Source: an uncultured Gemmatimonadales bacterium (GTDB lineage: Bacteria > Gemmatimonadota > Gemmatimonadetes > Longimicrobiales > Gaopeijiaceae). From it: a stretch of DNA of 64,000 nucleotides. The stretch lies in contig CAWGKG010000004.1 of the NCBI GenBank assembly GCA_963823035.1, forward strand, positions 64,001 to 128,000. The letters are read 5' to 3'. The position numbers were made by a program, and so were the translations under genes. Of this stretch, positions 55,786 through 64,000 are shown piece after piece; positions within the stretch are counted from its first letter, which is position 1, and every line of letters begins with the position of its first letter. The notes beneath the pieces were generated by a model. It saw only the letters and a list, made by a program, of their open reading frames with translations. It did not search any database and was not told where the DNA came from.

Positions 55786-57260
55786 GGCTGCCTCCCCTGG
55801 ACCGCCGACAGACCCGGCTCGGGCCCGATCGTCCAGTCCAGCCGGACCGTCAGGCGGAGCTGGCTCCAGTCGGGTACGGTTCCCGCGTCTCTCGTACGAT
55901 GGTGATACCACGCGGCCGAAGCGGACGCGCGGCTCCGCGCACCGAGGGGAGCTGCGGCATCGGCGCCGAGTCCCCATACGGTGCCCTCGGCTACGCGGAA
56001 CTCGTAGGCCGTCTGGAACGCGGTGGCGTTGAAGCCGACGTAGGCGCCTTCGCCCAGTCGTCGCTGCACGCCAGCCGACGTGGACGACTTCGCGGATCCG
56101 AAGCCGACGTCCGCGTGGTAGGAACCCTGCAGCGTCCAGAGCGGAGCGATGCCCAGGGCGCCGGACAGACCCACGCGCCAACCGTCGGTGCGGTATTCGC
56201 CGAAGCTCGTGCTGGTCCCCGCGTCCGGGTAGGTCCGGTAGGCGGCCTGCGCCTCGACGCGTGCCGAGCGTCGCGCCAGGCGCCACGCGCCGGTAACGCC
56301 GGCTTCCTTGAATCCGACGGGGCTGAAGGCGCCCCAGATCGTCCACAACTCGAAGAACGGCTTGTACGTGCGGGCCCAGGCGGTGAGGGCGAGCGCCCGG
56401 GATGCGTCCCACCGCAGGCGGAGAAGCGACTCGTTGAGCTCACGAGAGGCCAGGTCCGCCTTGAGGGACGCGTCGACCTGCCCCCAACGGGTCCGGTAGA
56501 GTCCGTCCGCGGCGAATCGCTCGGAGTAGAGTGCCGACGAGTCGGCGCGGAACTCCCGCTGGTACTGGACGCTGAGGCTGCGGCCCGGCGCGGCGCGGTA
56601 GGAGACCTGCGATCCGACCAGCCAGGCGCGTCCGTCGGGCACCAGGGACTCGAGGGCGGCGACCGCGCCGCTGTTGATCGGCTCGTTCAGACCCCTCACC
56701 AGGCTGCGTCCTCCGTAGGCCTGGATGTTGAACCCGCCGCCGGCGCGCACGAGGGCCGAGGCGCCGTCGAAGTTGTAGTAGCCGAGCCCCGACACCGACC
56801 ACTGGCGACCGGCGCGCATGCGCAAGCGCGTGCGGTCGAGCTCGGCGTAGGCGACGAGCGCGTCGAAGCGGTCGGCCTCCCGCGGCCACAGGGAGTCCGC
56901 ACCGGCCAGGACGCCCCTGCCGCGGAGCTGCGCGTAGATCCGGACCCCCCGTCCGAGACCCCAGGCGCTGAGGGTCAGATCCTGCACGACCGGAACCGTC
57001 GAGACCGGGTCGGCGGAGCGGATGAAGCGACAGACCGGGTCCCCCGTGATGCACTGAACGACGCTTCCGTCCGGAGCGCGGCGCAGCAGGCCGTCTCCGG
57101 AAACCTCGGTGGCCGGGATGCTGTCGCGGATCCAGCTCCCGACCTCCACGTACCGAAGGGTCGTCGTTCCACCGACCCGCACCGTCTGGGCGCCGGCGGC
57201 GATGGGTGTGAGGAGGAGGATCAACGGGCCCGCGCGGAGCTTCCTGGCGAGCGCGGTCAT
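55782..57260 (-). CDS. Predicted outer-membrane beta-barrel (porin-cytochrome conduit type)
   Basis: Signal peptide ending AGA-Q; alternating aromatic/Gly amphipathic strands; no TM helices; sits between multiheme genes. Confidence 0.7.
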   Translation of the reverse strand: MTALARKLRAGPLILLLTPIAAGAQTVRVGGTTTLRYVEVGSWIRDSIPATEVSGDGLLRRAPDGSVVQCITGDPVCRFIRSADPVSTVPVVQDLTLSAWGLGRGVRIYAQLRGRGVLAGADSLWPREADRFDALVAYAELDRTRLRMRAGRQWSVSGLGYYNFDGASALVRAGGGFNIQAYGGRSLVRGLNEPINSGAVAALESLVPDGRAWLVGSQVSYRAAPGRSLSVQYQREFRADSSALYSERFAADGLYRTRWGQVDASLKADLASRELNESLLRLRWDASRALALTAWARTYKPFFELWTIWGAFSPVGFKEAGVTGAWRLARRSARVEAQAAYRTYPDAGTSTSFGEYRTDGWRVGLSGALGIAPLWTLQGSYHADVGFGSAKSSTSAGVQRRLGEGAYVGFNATAFQTAYEFRVAEGTVWGLGADAAAPLGARSRASASAAWYHHRTRDAGTVPDWSQLRLTVRLDWTIGPEPGLSAVQGRQP

Positions 57261-58078
57261 CGGACATCCCCTCCCGTCTCGGGCCAATGGCACGATCTAC
57301 AGTCCTTTCCCGGCTGATGGTCGGTCCGATCGCGGTGGCAGACCAGGCAGGCCGAACGAGATTCCGGAAGGCCCGCCACGGCGGCCTCCGCGTGGCATCC
57401 GGCGGCGGAGCACCCTTCGTGCACGCTCAGGCCGTGCACACCGGCGGGCGGTGCGGCGTGGCAGGATGCGCAGTCGGCGTCGGGCCGATGATGGTTCTGG
57501 TGACACGAGCCACAGGCTCGGTCCGGAGTGAGGAGCGGGGGCTCCCGGTGACAGGAGGCGCACTCCACGCTCCCGTGTCGTGCGTGGTCGAAGGGAAGGG
57601 AGACGGTGCGAGGCGTCTTCCACACGGTGAGTTGGATGGAGCGCTCGACCGTTCTGGCCGGCACCGGAGCGTGGCACGTGGCGCAGGCGCGCTCCTGGCG
57701 CGGGCCGTGGTGGCAGCTCTGGCACCCCTCGCGCGACATCGTGCTGGTGGCGTCGACCGTCGGGGGGACGTGACACGAGCTGCAGGCGACGGCGGCGTGG
57801 GTCGCGTGGCCCTGGATCGTCGCGTGGCACTCCCGGCATTCGACGGCCGCGTGCGCCTTGTGCGGGAATCGTGGAGCGACCGTACCCTGGCTCGGCGTGA
57901 GCGTAGCAGGTCGCACGACGTCGGCTGCGGCCGCGGTGGCTCCACCCTGGGGGGCGGACACGACGGGTGGAGCCGCAGGCTCCGCGGCCGCGGCGGCCGC
58001 ATCCGGCGGGGGCGCACCCCGGCAGGCCACGGCCGTAGCGGCCAGGCAAAGACAGATCAGGATCCGGGCGTTCTTCAT
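57257..58078 (-). CDS. Decaheme cytochrome c3-like lipoprotein
   Basis: AVAC lipobox, Ala/Pro linker, nine CxxCH plus one CX4CH (CSAAGCH), FPHxxH/FDHxxH starts. Confidence 0.85.
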   Translation of the reverse strand: MKNARILICLCLAATAVACRGAPPPDAAAAAAEPAAPPVVSAPQGGATAAAADVVRPATLTPSQGTVAPRFPHKAHAAVECRECHATIQGHATHAAVACSSCHVPPTVDATSTMSREGCQSCHHGPRQERACATCHAPVPARTVERSIQLTVWKTPRTVSLPFDHARHGSVECASCHREPPLLTPDRACGSCHQNHHRPDADCASCHAAPPAGVHGLSVHEGCSAAGCHAEAAVAGLPESRSACLVCHRDRTDHQPGKDCRSCHWPETGGDVR

Positions 58079-58153
58079 CGTGGGAGCGTTCCCTCTTCCC
58101 GGCGGTCGGAGCCCTTCACGGCTCCACGTGCTCGACAGAATGGGGACATGCGC

Positions 58154-59554
58154 TCAGCGCCGCACGCCCAGGAGGTTGTCGAGGACCAGGGCCGGGCTCG
58201 CCACGAGCCCGTAGTCCTGCTCCATCTGCTGGATGGAGGCGGTGAGCAGGGCCTCCAGCAGGACCGGATTGTGCACGACCGATCCAGACAGGTCCGCCAG
58301 CCGGGCGTTGAACTTGGCGCCTTCGGCCGTGGTGGTCACACCGTCGCCCGAGAAGAACGCGCTCGAGGGGGCCTGCTGCAGGAGCTTGTCCAGCTCCGCG
58401 GCCAGGCTTCGGATCCGCTCGCCGTCGAAGGCGAGGAACAGCCGGGCCGTGCTGCTCGACGTGTGGCAGCCGGCCCCGAGGCACCCCTGGAAGTCACGCT
58501 GCCCCACATCGCAGTCCGCCGTCGTGGGCAGACCCTCGTCGTTCGGGCACGGGATCGCCTGGAAGAGGTGTCCCGTGGACCGATAGGTGACCTCGCCGGT
58601 GGCCGGATCCGTGACGTTGGCGCGGTTCATGTGGCAGGTGGCGCACAGCCCGGGGTTGGCGCTCCCGTGCGGCATGATGAACTCCTGCGTGGCCGACATG
58701 AAGTCCGGCGGACGCCACCCCGCCTGGCCGAGGAGGAGCGGACCCTGCGGCGAGTGCGGGCCGAGCGAGGACGACGGATCCGGCACGGAGCGGAGCTGAT
58801 GGCACTTCATGCAGAGATTCGTCGCGACGTTCGGTACGTCGATCGGAAAGCGCAGGTCGTGCTCGTTGGCCGCGTCGTGCGGATCGTGACAGACCGCGCA
58901 CACGATGGGAATCACGCCTTCCTGGTCCTGCTCCACGTACGGGGCATCGACGCCCCACGCTGCCAGGATCCCGCGCGTCTCGTGGCATTGCGTGCAGGAC
59001 GGGTTTCGTTGCGCGAAGTTCGCGGTGGTGGCGTGGCTCGACTGTGCCCACTCCTCCACGTAGGGGTATTGGGCGCCCTGGTGACACTCCCCGCATCCAT
59101 GGTCCAGGTCCGCGCCCACCAGGATCGACGCCAGGGGCCGCGTGGCATCGGGGTTCGTTACGTGCTCGAGCCCCGGACCGTGGCACGACTCGCATTGGAC
59201 GTCCTCGTAGCGGGCGTCGCGCGTGGCCACCCAGCCGGCCGGGTCATCGACGGCGTTTCCCTTCCCATCGACGGCATGGCACGCTTCACAGGATTCCTCG
59301 GCCAGCCCGCTGCTCTGCAGCGAGTCCCAGGCGCTGGCGTGCTTCGTGCTCTTCCACTCCTCGTACGGTCCGCCGTGACAGCCCCGGCACACAGGGGTCT
59401 TCGCTCCGACGTCGCTGTAGCCCAGGAACCCCTCGGCCGCCGTGACCGGCTCCGTGTAGAGATTCCGCTGGACGAACGCATTCTCCGTATCCACGCAGGC
59501 GGCCGCCAGCAGGCACACCGAGGTCAGCAACCCTGCGGATCGAAGAGATCCCAT
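58154..59554 (-). CDS. Multiheme lipoprotein cytochrome with c554-like N-terminal domain
   Basis: LAAAC lipobox; eight CxxCH plus one CX4CH (CLGAGCH); WKSTKHASAW and VQCESCHGPG. Confidence 0.85.
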   Translation of the reverse strand: MGSLRSAGLLTSVCLLAAACVDTENAFVQRNLYTEPVTAAEGFLGYSDVGAKTPVCRGCHGGPYEEWKSTKHASAWDSLQSSGLAEESCEACHAVDGKGNAVDDPAGWVATRDARYEDVQCESCHGPGLEHVTNPDATRPLASILVGADLDHGCGECHQGAQYPYVEEWAQSSHATTANFAQRNPSCTQCHETRGILAAWGVDAPYVEQDQEGVIPIVCAVCHDPHDAANEHDLRFPIDVPNVATNLCMKCHQLRSVPDPSSSLGPHSPQGPLLLGQAGWRPPDFMSATQEFIMPHGSANPGLCATCHMNRANVTDPATGEVTYRSTGHLFQAIPCPNDEGLPTTADCDVGQRDFQGCLGAGCHTSSSTARLFLAFDGERIRSLAAELDKLLQQAPSSAFFSGDGVTTTAEGAKFNARLADLSGSVVHNPVLLEALLTASIQQMEQDYGLVASPALVLDNLLGVRR

Positions 59555-59823
59555 GGCACCACTCCCCATCATAGGTCGGTCCCGCAGCCCGCAATAGAAG
59601 TACAGTGGTCCGCCTCGTGCGCGCCACCGGGAGCGATGATCCTCGGAGAAGTCGCCGGGCGACTCGGAACGCGACGCCCGCACCCGCGCAGCGGGCATCA
59701 CCAGACAACAGGCTACGGGGTTACGGACACCCTCCGCTGTCGGGACATCGCTGACTTCGACGTGGGGCTTTGGCCCCACGCACGGAAGAGGTTCGCGGCG
59801 CCGGCCCGGACGATCCCCGAGCT

Positions 59824-60568
59824 CTAGAGGATGGTCTCGCTCGATGTCGTACCGTCCCACACCGAGGCGAAGTGCCGGTGCAGGTAGTGGAGGACCACGA
59901 CGATGACGGGGAGGGCGATCCAGAGGGTTGCCACCAGTGCCAGGATCAGCGAGCCGAGGCCCGTGACCCTGAACTCGGTCAGCCAGAACTCCGGGTGGTA
60001 GCGGACGAACACCACGGCGAAGAGCGCCGCTGCGACCACCAGGAGGAGGGCTCCCGGACGGCTCTCACGCCAGCGACAGAAGGCGGAGCAAAACGCCTCC
60101 CATCCCTCTACGGCGGCCCAACAACAGGTTGCCGACACCGACGACCCAACCAGCCGCCGCGAGTAGGGTGCTGCTCCACACGTGCAACGAGAGGACGGCG
60201 GAGGTCAGGGAGATCCACGCGGTGGCGACCCACGCAACCACCAGGACCGGAATCGAGAGCACGATGCCGGCCATGATCGCTCGGATCGTGGCCGCGGTGC
60301 CCGCTCCTTCTGGACGACCGAGGTAGGCGAGGATGGACCCGTGGATCAGGCCGCCAGCGGCCCCGATGAGGAAGAGGACCGGAGCCAGCGGAAGGAGGCC
60401 CTGCGACATCTCGGGGCTACCCAGCGCGGCGACGCCGATCAGGAGTCCGCCGGCGGTGATCCCCCCCGCCGCGACCCACGAGACCACGACCCTCGTGCTG
60501 CGGGACGTCTCTCTGATGAGGGACTCACGGGCGGTGCTTGCGACGCCGGATTCCGCTGGCTGGTTCAT
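59824..60568 (-). CDS. Hypothetical multi-pass membrane protein (frameshift near 60130)
   Basis: Gly/Ala-rich hydrophobic helices; paralog of 60839-61375 with extra C-terminal helices. Confidence 0.65.
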
Positions 60569-60838
60569 GGCTCGACCTCAGTCCCGGATCCACCGACGGG
60601 TCGAGTCGGCATTCCGGATTGACGTTTTGTCCCCTGCTATGATCAGCGCCGTTCGGCGCGTTGGGACCGGCGTTTCGAGCCATCTTACCATCCCCACCCC
60701 ACCTTCCGACGTAGTCTAGGGCGGGTCCGAAAGGGGTCGCTGTAGTACGAAGGTTGAAATGCCTGTGGGGAGCCCTACGCGTCCGTAGGACTTGACGGCG
60801 GACACGTCCGTAGGGAATCCGTCGCCGGCGGCGTTCGA

Positions 60839-61375
60839 TCACCAAGCTGGTGTCGTTCTGACGCGGACCAGGTCGTGGATGCGGTGGAAGGCGGCACGCA
60901 ACGCCAGCCATCCCTCCCAGGCGGCCCACATGCACACCCACAGGCCCACCACCCAGCCCACGGCGGCGACGAAGAGGGTGGTCGCGGCGTGCATCGTCAG
61001 CACGGCGGACGTCAGGGAGATCCACGCGGTCGTCACCCAGGCCACCGCCAGCGCGGGGATGCTGAGCGCCACCCCGCAGGCGATCGCGGAGCGCGCCGTC
61101 TGGAAGTCCACGCCCGGTGGACGCCCGGCCCAGGCGAGGAGCGAACCGAGGATCAGGCCGCCGGTCGCGCCGAAGAGGAAGAGCACGGGCGCGAGGGAGA
61201 CCAGCGGTTGCGCCATCTCCGGGCTCCTGAGGGCGGCTGCGCCGACGAGGATGCCCCCGGCGGCGATGCCTCCCGCGGCCGCCCAGGAGACCACCACGCG
61301 GGCGCAGGGCGCGCCGACTCCGAGAAGGACCGCGCGGAGGTTGTGGACGACGTCGAATCGTTGCGGCGCGTGCAT
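60839..61375 (-). CDS. Hypothetical four-TM membrane protein, paralog of the adjacent gene
   Basis: Shared RVVVSW.AAGGI.AGG.L, LAPVLFL.GA.GGLI.GS.LA..GRP, WISLTSAVL. Confidence 0.7.
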   Translation of the reverse strand: MHAPQRFDVVHNLRAVLLGVGAPCARVVVSWAAAGGIAAGGILVGAAALRSPEMAQPLVSLAPVLFLFGATGGLILGSLLAWAGRPPGVDFQTARSAIACGVALSIPALAVAWVTTAWISLTSAVLTMHAATTLFVAAVGWVVGLWVCMWAAWEGWLALRAAFHRIHDLVRVRTTPAW

Positions 61376-61593
61376 GGCTCGACCCCCAGTCCCGGACGGA
61401 ACAGGCCGCATCGAGGCCATCCGGGTTCAAAGCTGCCTGCCTTCTATGCCTCAGCGCCGTATGGCGTCCGAGTCCGGGTCGAGCCCCCCACCACCTCCCC
61501 ACTCGACGCACGGTAGCCGACCGTGCGGAGGTACGCTGTAGGACGGGGGAGGAAAAGCCTGTGGGGAATCCTCCCACGTCGCCGGCCCCGAAC

Positions 61594-61620
61594 GGGGAGG
61601 GCCACCGCGCGGCCCTCCCC
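61594..61620 (-). terminator. Hairpin downstream of the DUF4399 gene
   Basis: GGGGAGGGCC-N7-GGCCCTCCCC perfect 10-bp stem. Confidence 0.5.
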
Positions 61621-61630
61621 TCGCAAGGGG

Positions 61631-62098
61631 TCAGCGCACGGTGAAGTGGACCGTGTCCGTCACCCACGGCTGGAGCGGCACGTGCACGCCGTCCGCCACC
61701 ACCGCGATGAGGCGATGCTCGCCCGGGGGCACGTTCGTGAAGACGTATTCGCTGGCGCCCGTTCCCAGGTGGACCACGTGGCCGGGCACCGCCGGCACGA
61801 CCTCGCCGGGCTGGCCCAGGTCCTGGTCCAGGTAGAGGTGGTGGTGACCCGTGCCCGACGTCGTGTCGCCGGCGGGCACGATGCGGACGCCCGAGGCCGC
61901 CAGCCGAACCCGTACGGAGTCACCGGAGACGGTGGCGCCGTCGGCCGGCTCGAGGATCGTGACGGAGGCCGACGGCTCGGCCGCCGCGGTGGCCGCGGGC
62001 ATCGAGCTATCAGATTGGGGAGCGGGCTGTTCGCCTCCGCAGGCGACCGCGAAGAACGTGGCGGCGACGCCGAGGCGCAGGAACGGGCGGAGGGGCAT
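61631..62098 (-). CDS. DUF4399 domain lipoprotein
   Basis: AVAC lipobox; PADGATV, TGHHHLYLD, VVHLGTG, PGEHRL...ADGVH. Confidence 0.8.
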   Translation of the reverse strand: MPLRPFLRLGVAATFFAVACGGEQPAPQSDSSMPAATAAAEPSASVTILEPADGATVSGDSVRVRLAASGVRIVPAGDTTSGTGHHHLYLDQDLGQPGEVVPAVPGHVVHLGTGASEYVFTNVPPGEHRLIAVVADGVHVPLQPWVTDTVHFTVR

Positions 62099-62266
62099 GG
62101 GGCACACACCTGTTTCGGGTGAAAGGGTCAGGGCTGGAGACCCTTCGGAGGGCGGGCGGTTCCCCAGCGCGGGGGCTGCGATTGCGCAACCGGGACAGTT
62201 GGGGGAGATTGCAATTCCGACGGCAGTGCGGCCAAATCCCCCATACGAAACCCTCGATCTCACTCC

Positions 62267-62896
62267 ATGGCAGCGCTCTCCCGGTGGTTCACACGGAAGC
62301 CAGAGCCCTCGTCTCGGGCGCAGCTCCCCCGCGACTGGGAGAAGGAGCTGGAAGCCTTCGAGGCGGAGGCGAAGAGTGCGTCTCGCGCTTTTCGCGGGAC
62401 TCCGCTCAACAAGGCCGGGGACCTGTGCCTGCGCGCTGGCGATCGCGAACGTGCGCTCACCTACTACGGCCGAGCGATCGACGCGCTCCTGGAGGACAGC
62501 CAGCGTGAGGCCGCGCGGGGCGTCGCGAACAAGATCATCCGCGTGCATCCGCAGGCCGTGCGCACCCTGTGCACGCTCACCTGGCTCGATCTGGCGTCCC
62601 GGCACATGGCCACGGCGCTCCTCCACCTGCGCGACTACGTGGAGTCGGCCAAGCGCGCCAGTCAGGAAGCGATCACGGGCGACCAGATCTTCGCGATGGC
62701 GCGCATCGCGCCGCAGGACGAGTTCCTCTCGGCCGCCGCGGACTCCCTCGACCAGCTCGGCTTCGCCGATCGAGCGTCCGAGGTCCGCGACTGGGCATCG
62801 GACGGCGGGTCGCCGGAAGCTCTCCGGGACGTCGGCGAGTTGGCGGAGCACTGCCTGATGTCCGCCGTGGGCGCGAACGCCGGCAAGGAGCGATGA
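62267..62896 (+). CDS. Hypothetical helical (TPR-like) protein
   Basis: Clean ORF; LNKAGDLCLRAGDRERALTYYGRAID. Confidence 0.6.
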   Translation: MAALSRWFTRKPEPSSRAQLPRDWEKELEAFEAEAKSASRAFRGTPLNKAGDLCLRAGDRERALTYYGRAIDALLEDSQREAARGVANKIIRVHPQAVRTLCTLTWLDLASRHMATALLHLRDYVESAKRASQEAITGDQIFAMARIAPQDEFLSAAADSLDQLGFADRASEVRDWASDGGSPEALRDVGELAEHCLMSAVGANAGKER

Positions 62897-62921
62897 TCCG
62901 CTCGGGCGCGCGAATCGCTGC

Positions 62922-64000
62922 ATGAGCCTGATGCGGCGCAAGCCGGTCGAGCTCCTCCAGGCCGAGTCGACGGCCACCGGGGAGGGCACGCTCAACCGCA
63001 CACTGGGGCCGTGGTCCGTGACGTTCCTCGGCGTCGGCGCCGTCATCGGCGCGGGCATCTTCTCGGCGACCGGGTCGGCCATCGCGGGCGGTGCGGGTCA
63101 CCTGGGCGCCGGTCCGGCCATCGTCGTGTCGATGGTCATCACGGCGATCGCGTGCGGCTTCGCGGCGCTCTGCTACGCGGAGTTCGCCGCCATGGTCCCG
63201 GTGGCGGGCTCGGCCTACACGTACTCATACGCGGCGCTGGGTGAGCTGGTCGCGTGGATCATCGGTTGGGACCTGATCATCGAGTATGCGATCGGCAACG
63301 TCGCCGTGGCGATCTCCTGGTCGGGGTATTTCGTGGACCTCCTCGACTCCTTCGGCATCCACATCCCGGCGTGGATGGCGATCGACTACCGCACCGCCCA
63401 CCAGCTCTCCCTGTCGACGGAGCCGCTGAGCAGGCTCAACACCTACCTCGCGACCGCGGTCGAAACGGCCCCCCACGTCGCGGGCATCCCGATCGTCTTC
63501 AACCTCCCCGCCGTGCTCATCGTCGGGCTCATCACCATCCTCCTGGTGCGGGGCGTGAAGGAGTCGGCGCGCTTCAACACGGCGATGGTGATCCTGAAGC
63601 TCGGCATCATCGTGTTCTTCATCGTGGTCGGCTTCGCCTTCTTCCACCCGGAGAACCTCACCGCCTTCGGCGGGTTCGCCCCGAACGGGTTCAAGGGGAT
63701 CGGCACGGCGGCCGCGATCGTCTTCTTCGCCTACATCGGCTTCGACGCGGTGTCCACGGCGGCCGAGGAGACGAAGGACCCCCAGAAGAACATGCCCTTC
63801 GGCATCCTCATGAGCCTGGCCATCTGCACGGTGGTCTACGTGCTGGTCGCGCTCACGATGACCGGGATGGCGCCGTGGAACCGCCTGGGCACCGCCGAGC
63901 CCATGCTCACGGCGCTCGAGTTGTCGGGAGGCGGCGTGCGCCTGATCGCCGTGGCGCGCTTCATCGTCGGGCATCGGGGCCGTGGTGGCCATGACGTCCG
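62922..64000 (+). CDS. APC-family amino acid permease, 3'-truncated by the window edge (absent from the ORF track)
   Basis: MSLMRRKP...LGVGAVIGAGIF...GPAIVVS...LCYAEFAAMVPVAGSAYTY...FFAYIGFDAVSTAAEE. Confidence 0.92.
   Translation, partial: MSLMRRKPVELLQAESTATGEGTLNRTLGPWSVTFLGVGAVIGAGIFSATGSAIAGGAGHLGAGPAIVVSMVITAIACGFAALCYAEFAAMVPVAGSAYTYSYAALGELVAWIIGWDLIIEYAIGNVAVAISWSGYFVDLLDSFGIHIPAWMAIDYRTAHQLSLSTEPLSRLNTYLATAVETAPHVAGIPIVFNLPAVLIVGLITILLVRGVKESARFNTAMVILKLGIIVFFIVVGFAFFHPENLTAFGGFAPNGFKGIGTAAAIVFFAYIGFDAVSTAAEETKDPQKNMPFGILMSLAICTVVYVLVALTMTGMAPWNRLGTAEPMLTALELSGGGVRLIAVARFIVGHRGRGGHDV

Noticed and set aside
62180..62216. Short palindromes TTGCGCAA and ATTGCAAT in a divergent promoter
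   Set aside because: Too short to assign without comparative data
1..64000. Widespread frameshifts as programmed frameshifting, phase variation or mass pseudogenisation
   Set aside because: They hit unrelated genes, often at G/C runs, while catalytic motifs are intact, consistent with long-read indel error

Overview
Very GC-rich bacterial DNA with many single-base indels that split otherwise intact genes, as expected from an unpolished long-read assembly. The gene content (ADOP/PadR expansions, VPS10-like propeller proteins, TIGR02999-type ECF plus Ser/Thr kinase, DUF5916, flagella) suggests Gemmatimonadota or an Acidobacteriota-like lineage; this is inference only. Layout: (1-10.5 kb) end of a flagellar/chemotaxis locus with fliD, fliS, two chaperone-like genes, a sigma28-driven flgM, cheY, a cheZ-like gene, HDOD and two hybrid kinases. 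(10.5-51 kb) accessory region with two VPS10/BNR proteins, an ArgB-NAT fusion, an ECF/STK pair, four ADOP permeases with PadR or CGNR regulators and visible operators, a candidate sigma54-dependent small RNA, and a peptidase fragment bracketed by 53-bp direct repeats. (51-59.6 kb) the main finding: a tightly coupled minus-strand operon encoding two lipoprotein multiheme cytochromes, a beta-barrel, a 16-heme periplasmic cytochrome, a 9-heme membrane-anchored cytochrome with a TerB-like tail, a Rieske protein and cytochrome b. It looks like a complete quinol-to-cell-surface electron conduit with 44 heme motifs. (59.8-64 kb) duplicated membrane proteins, DUF4399, a hypothetical gene and an amino-acid permease. 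All product calls come from motif recognition; no database search was run.
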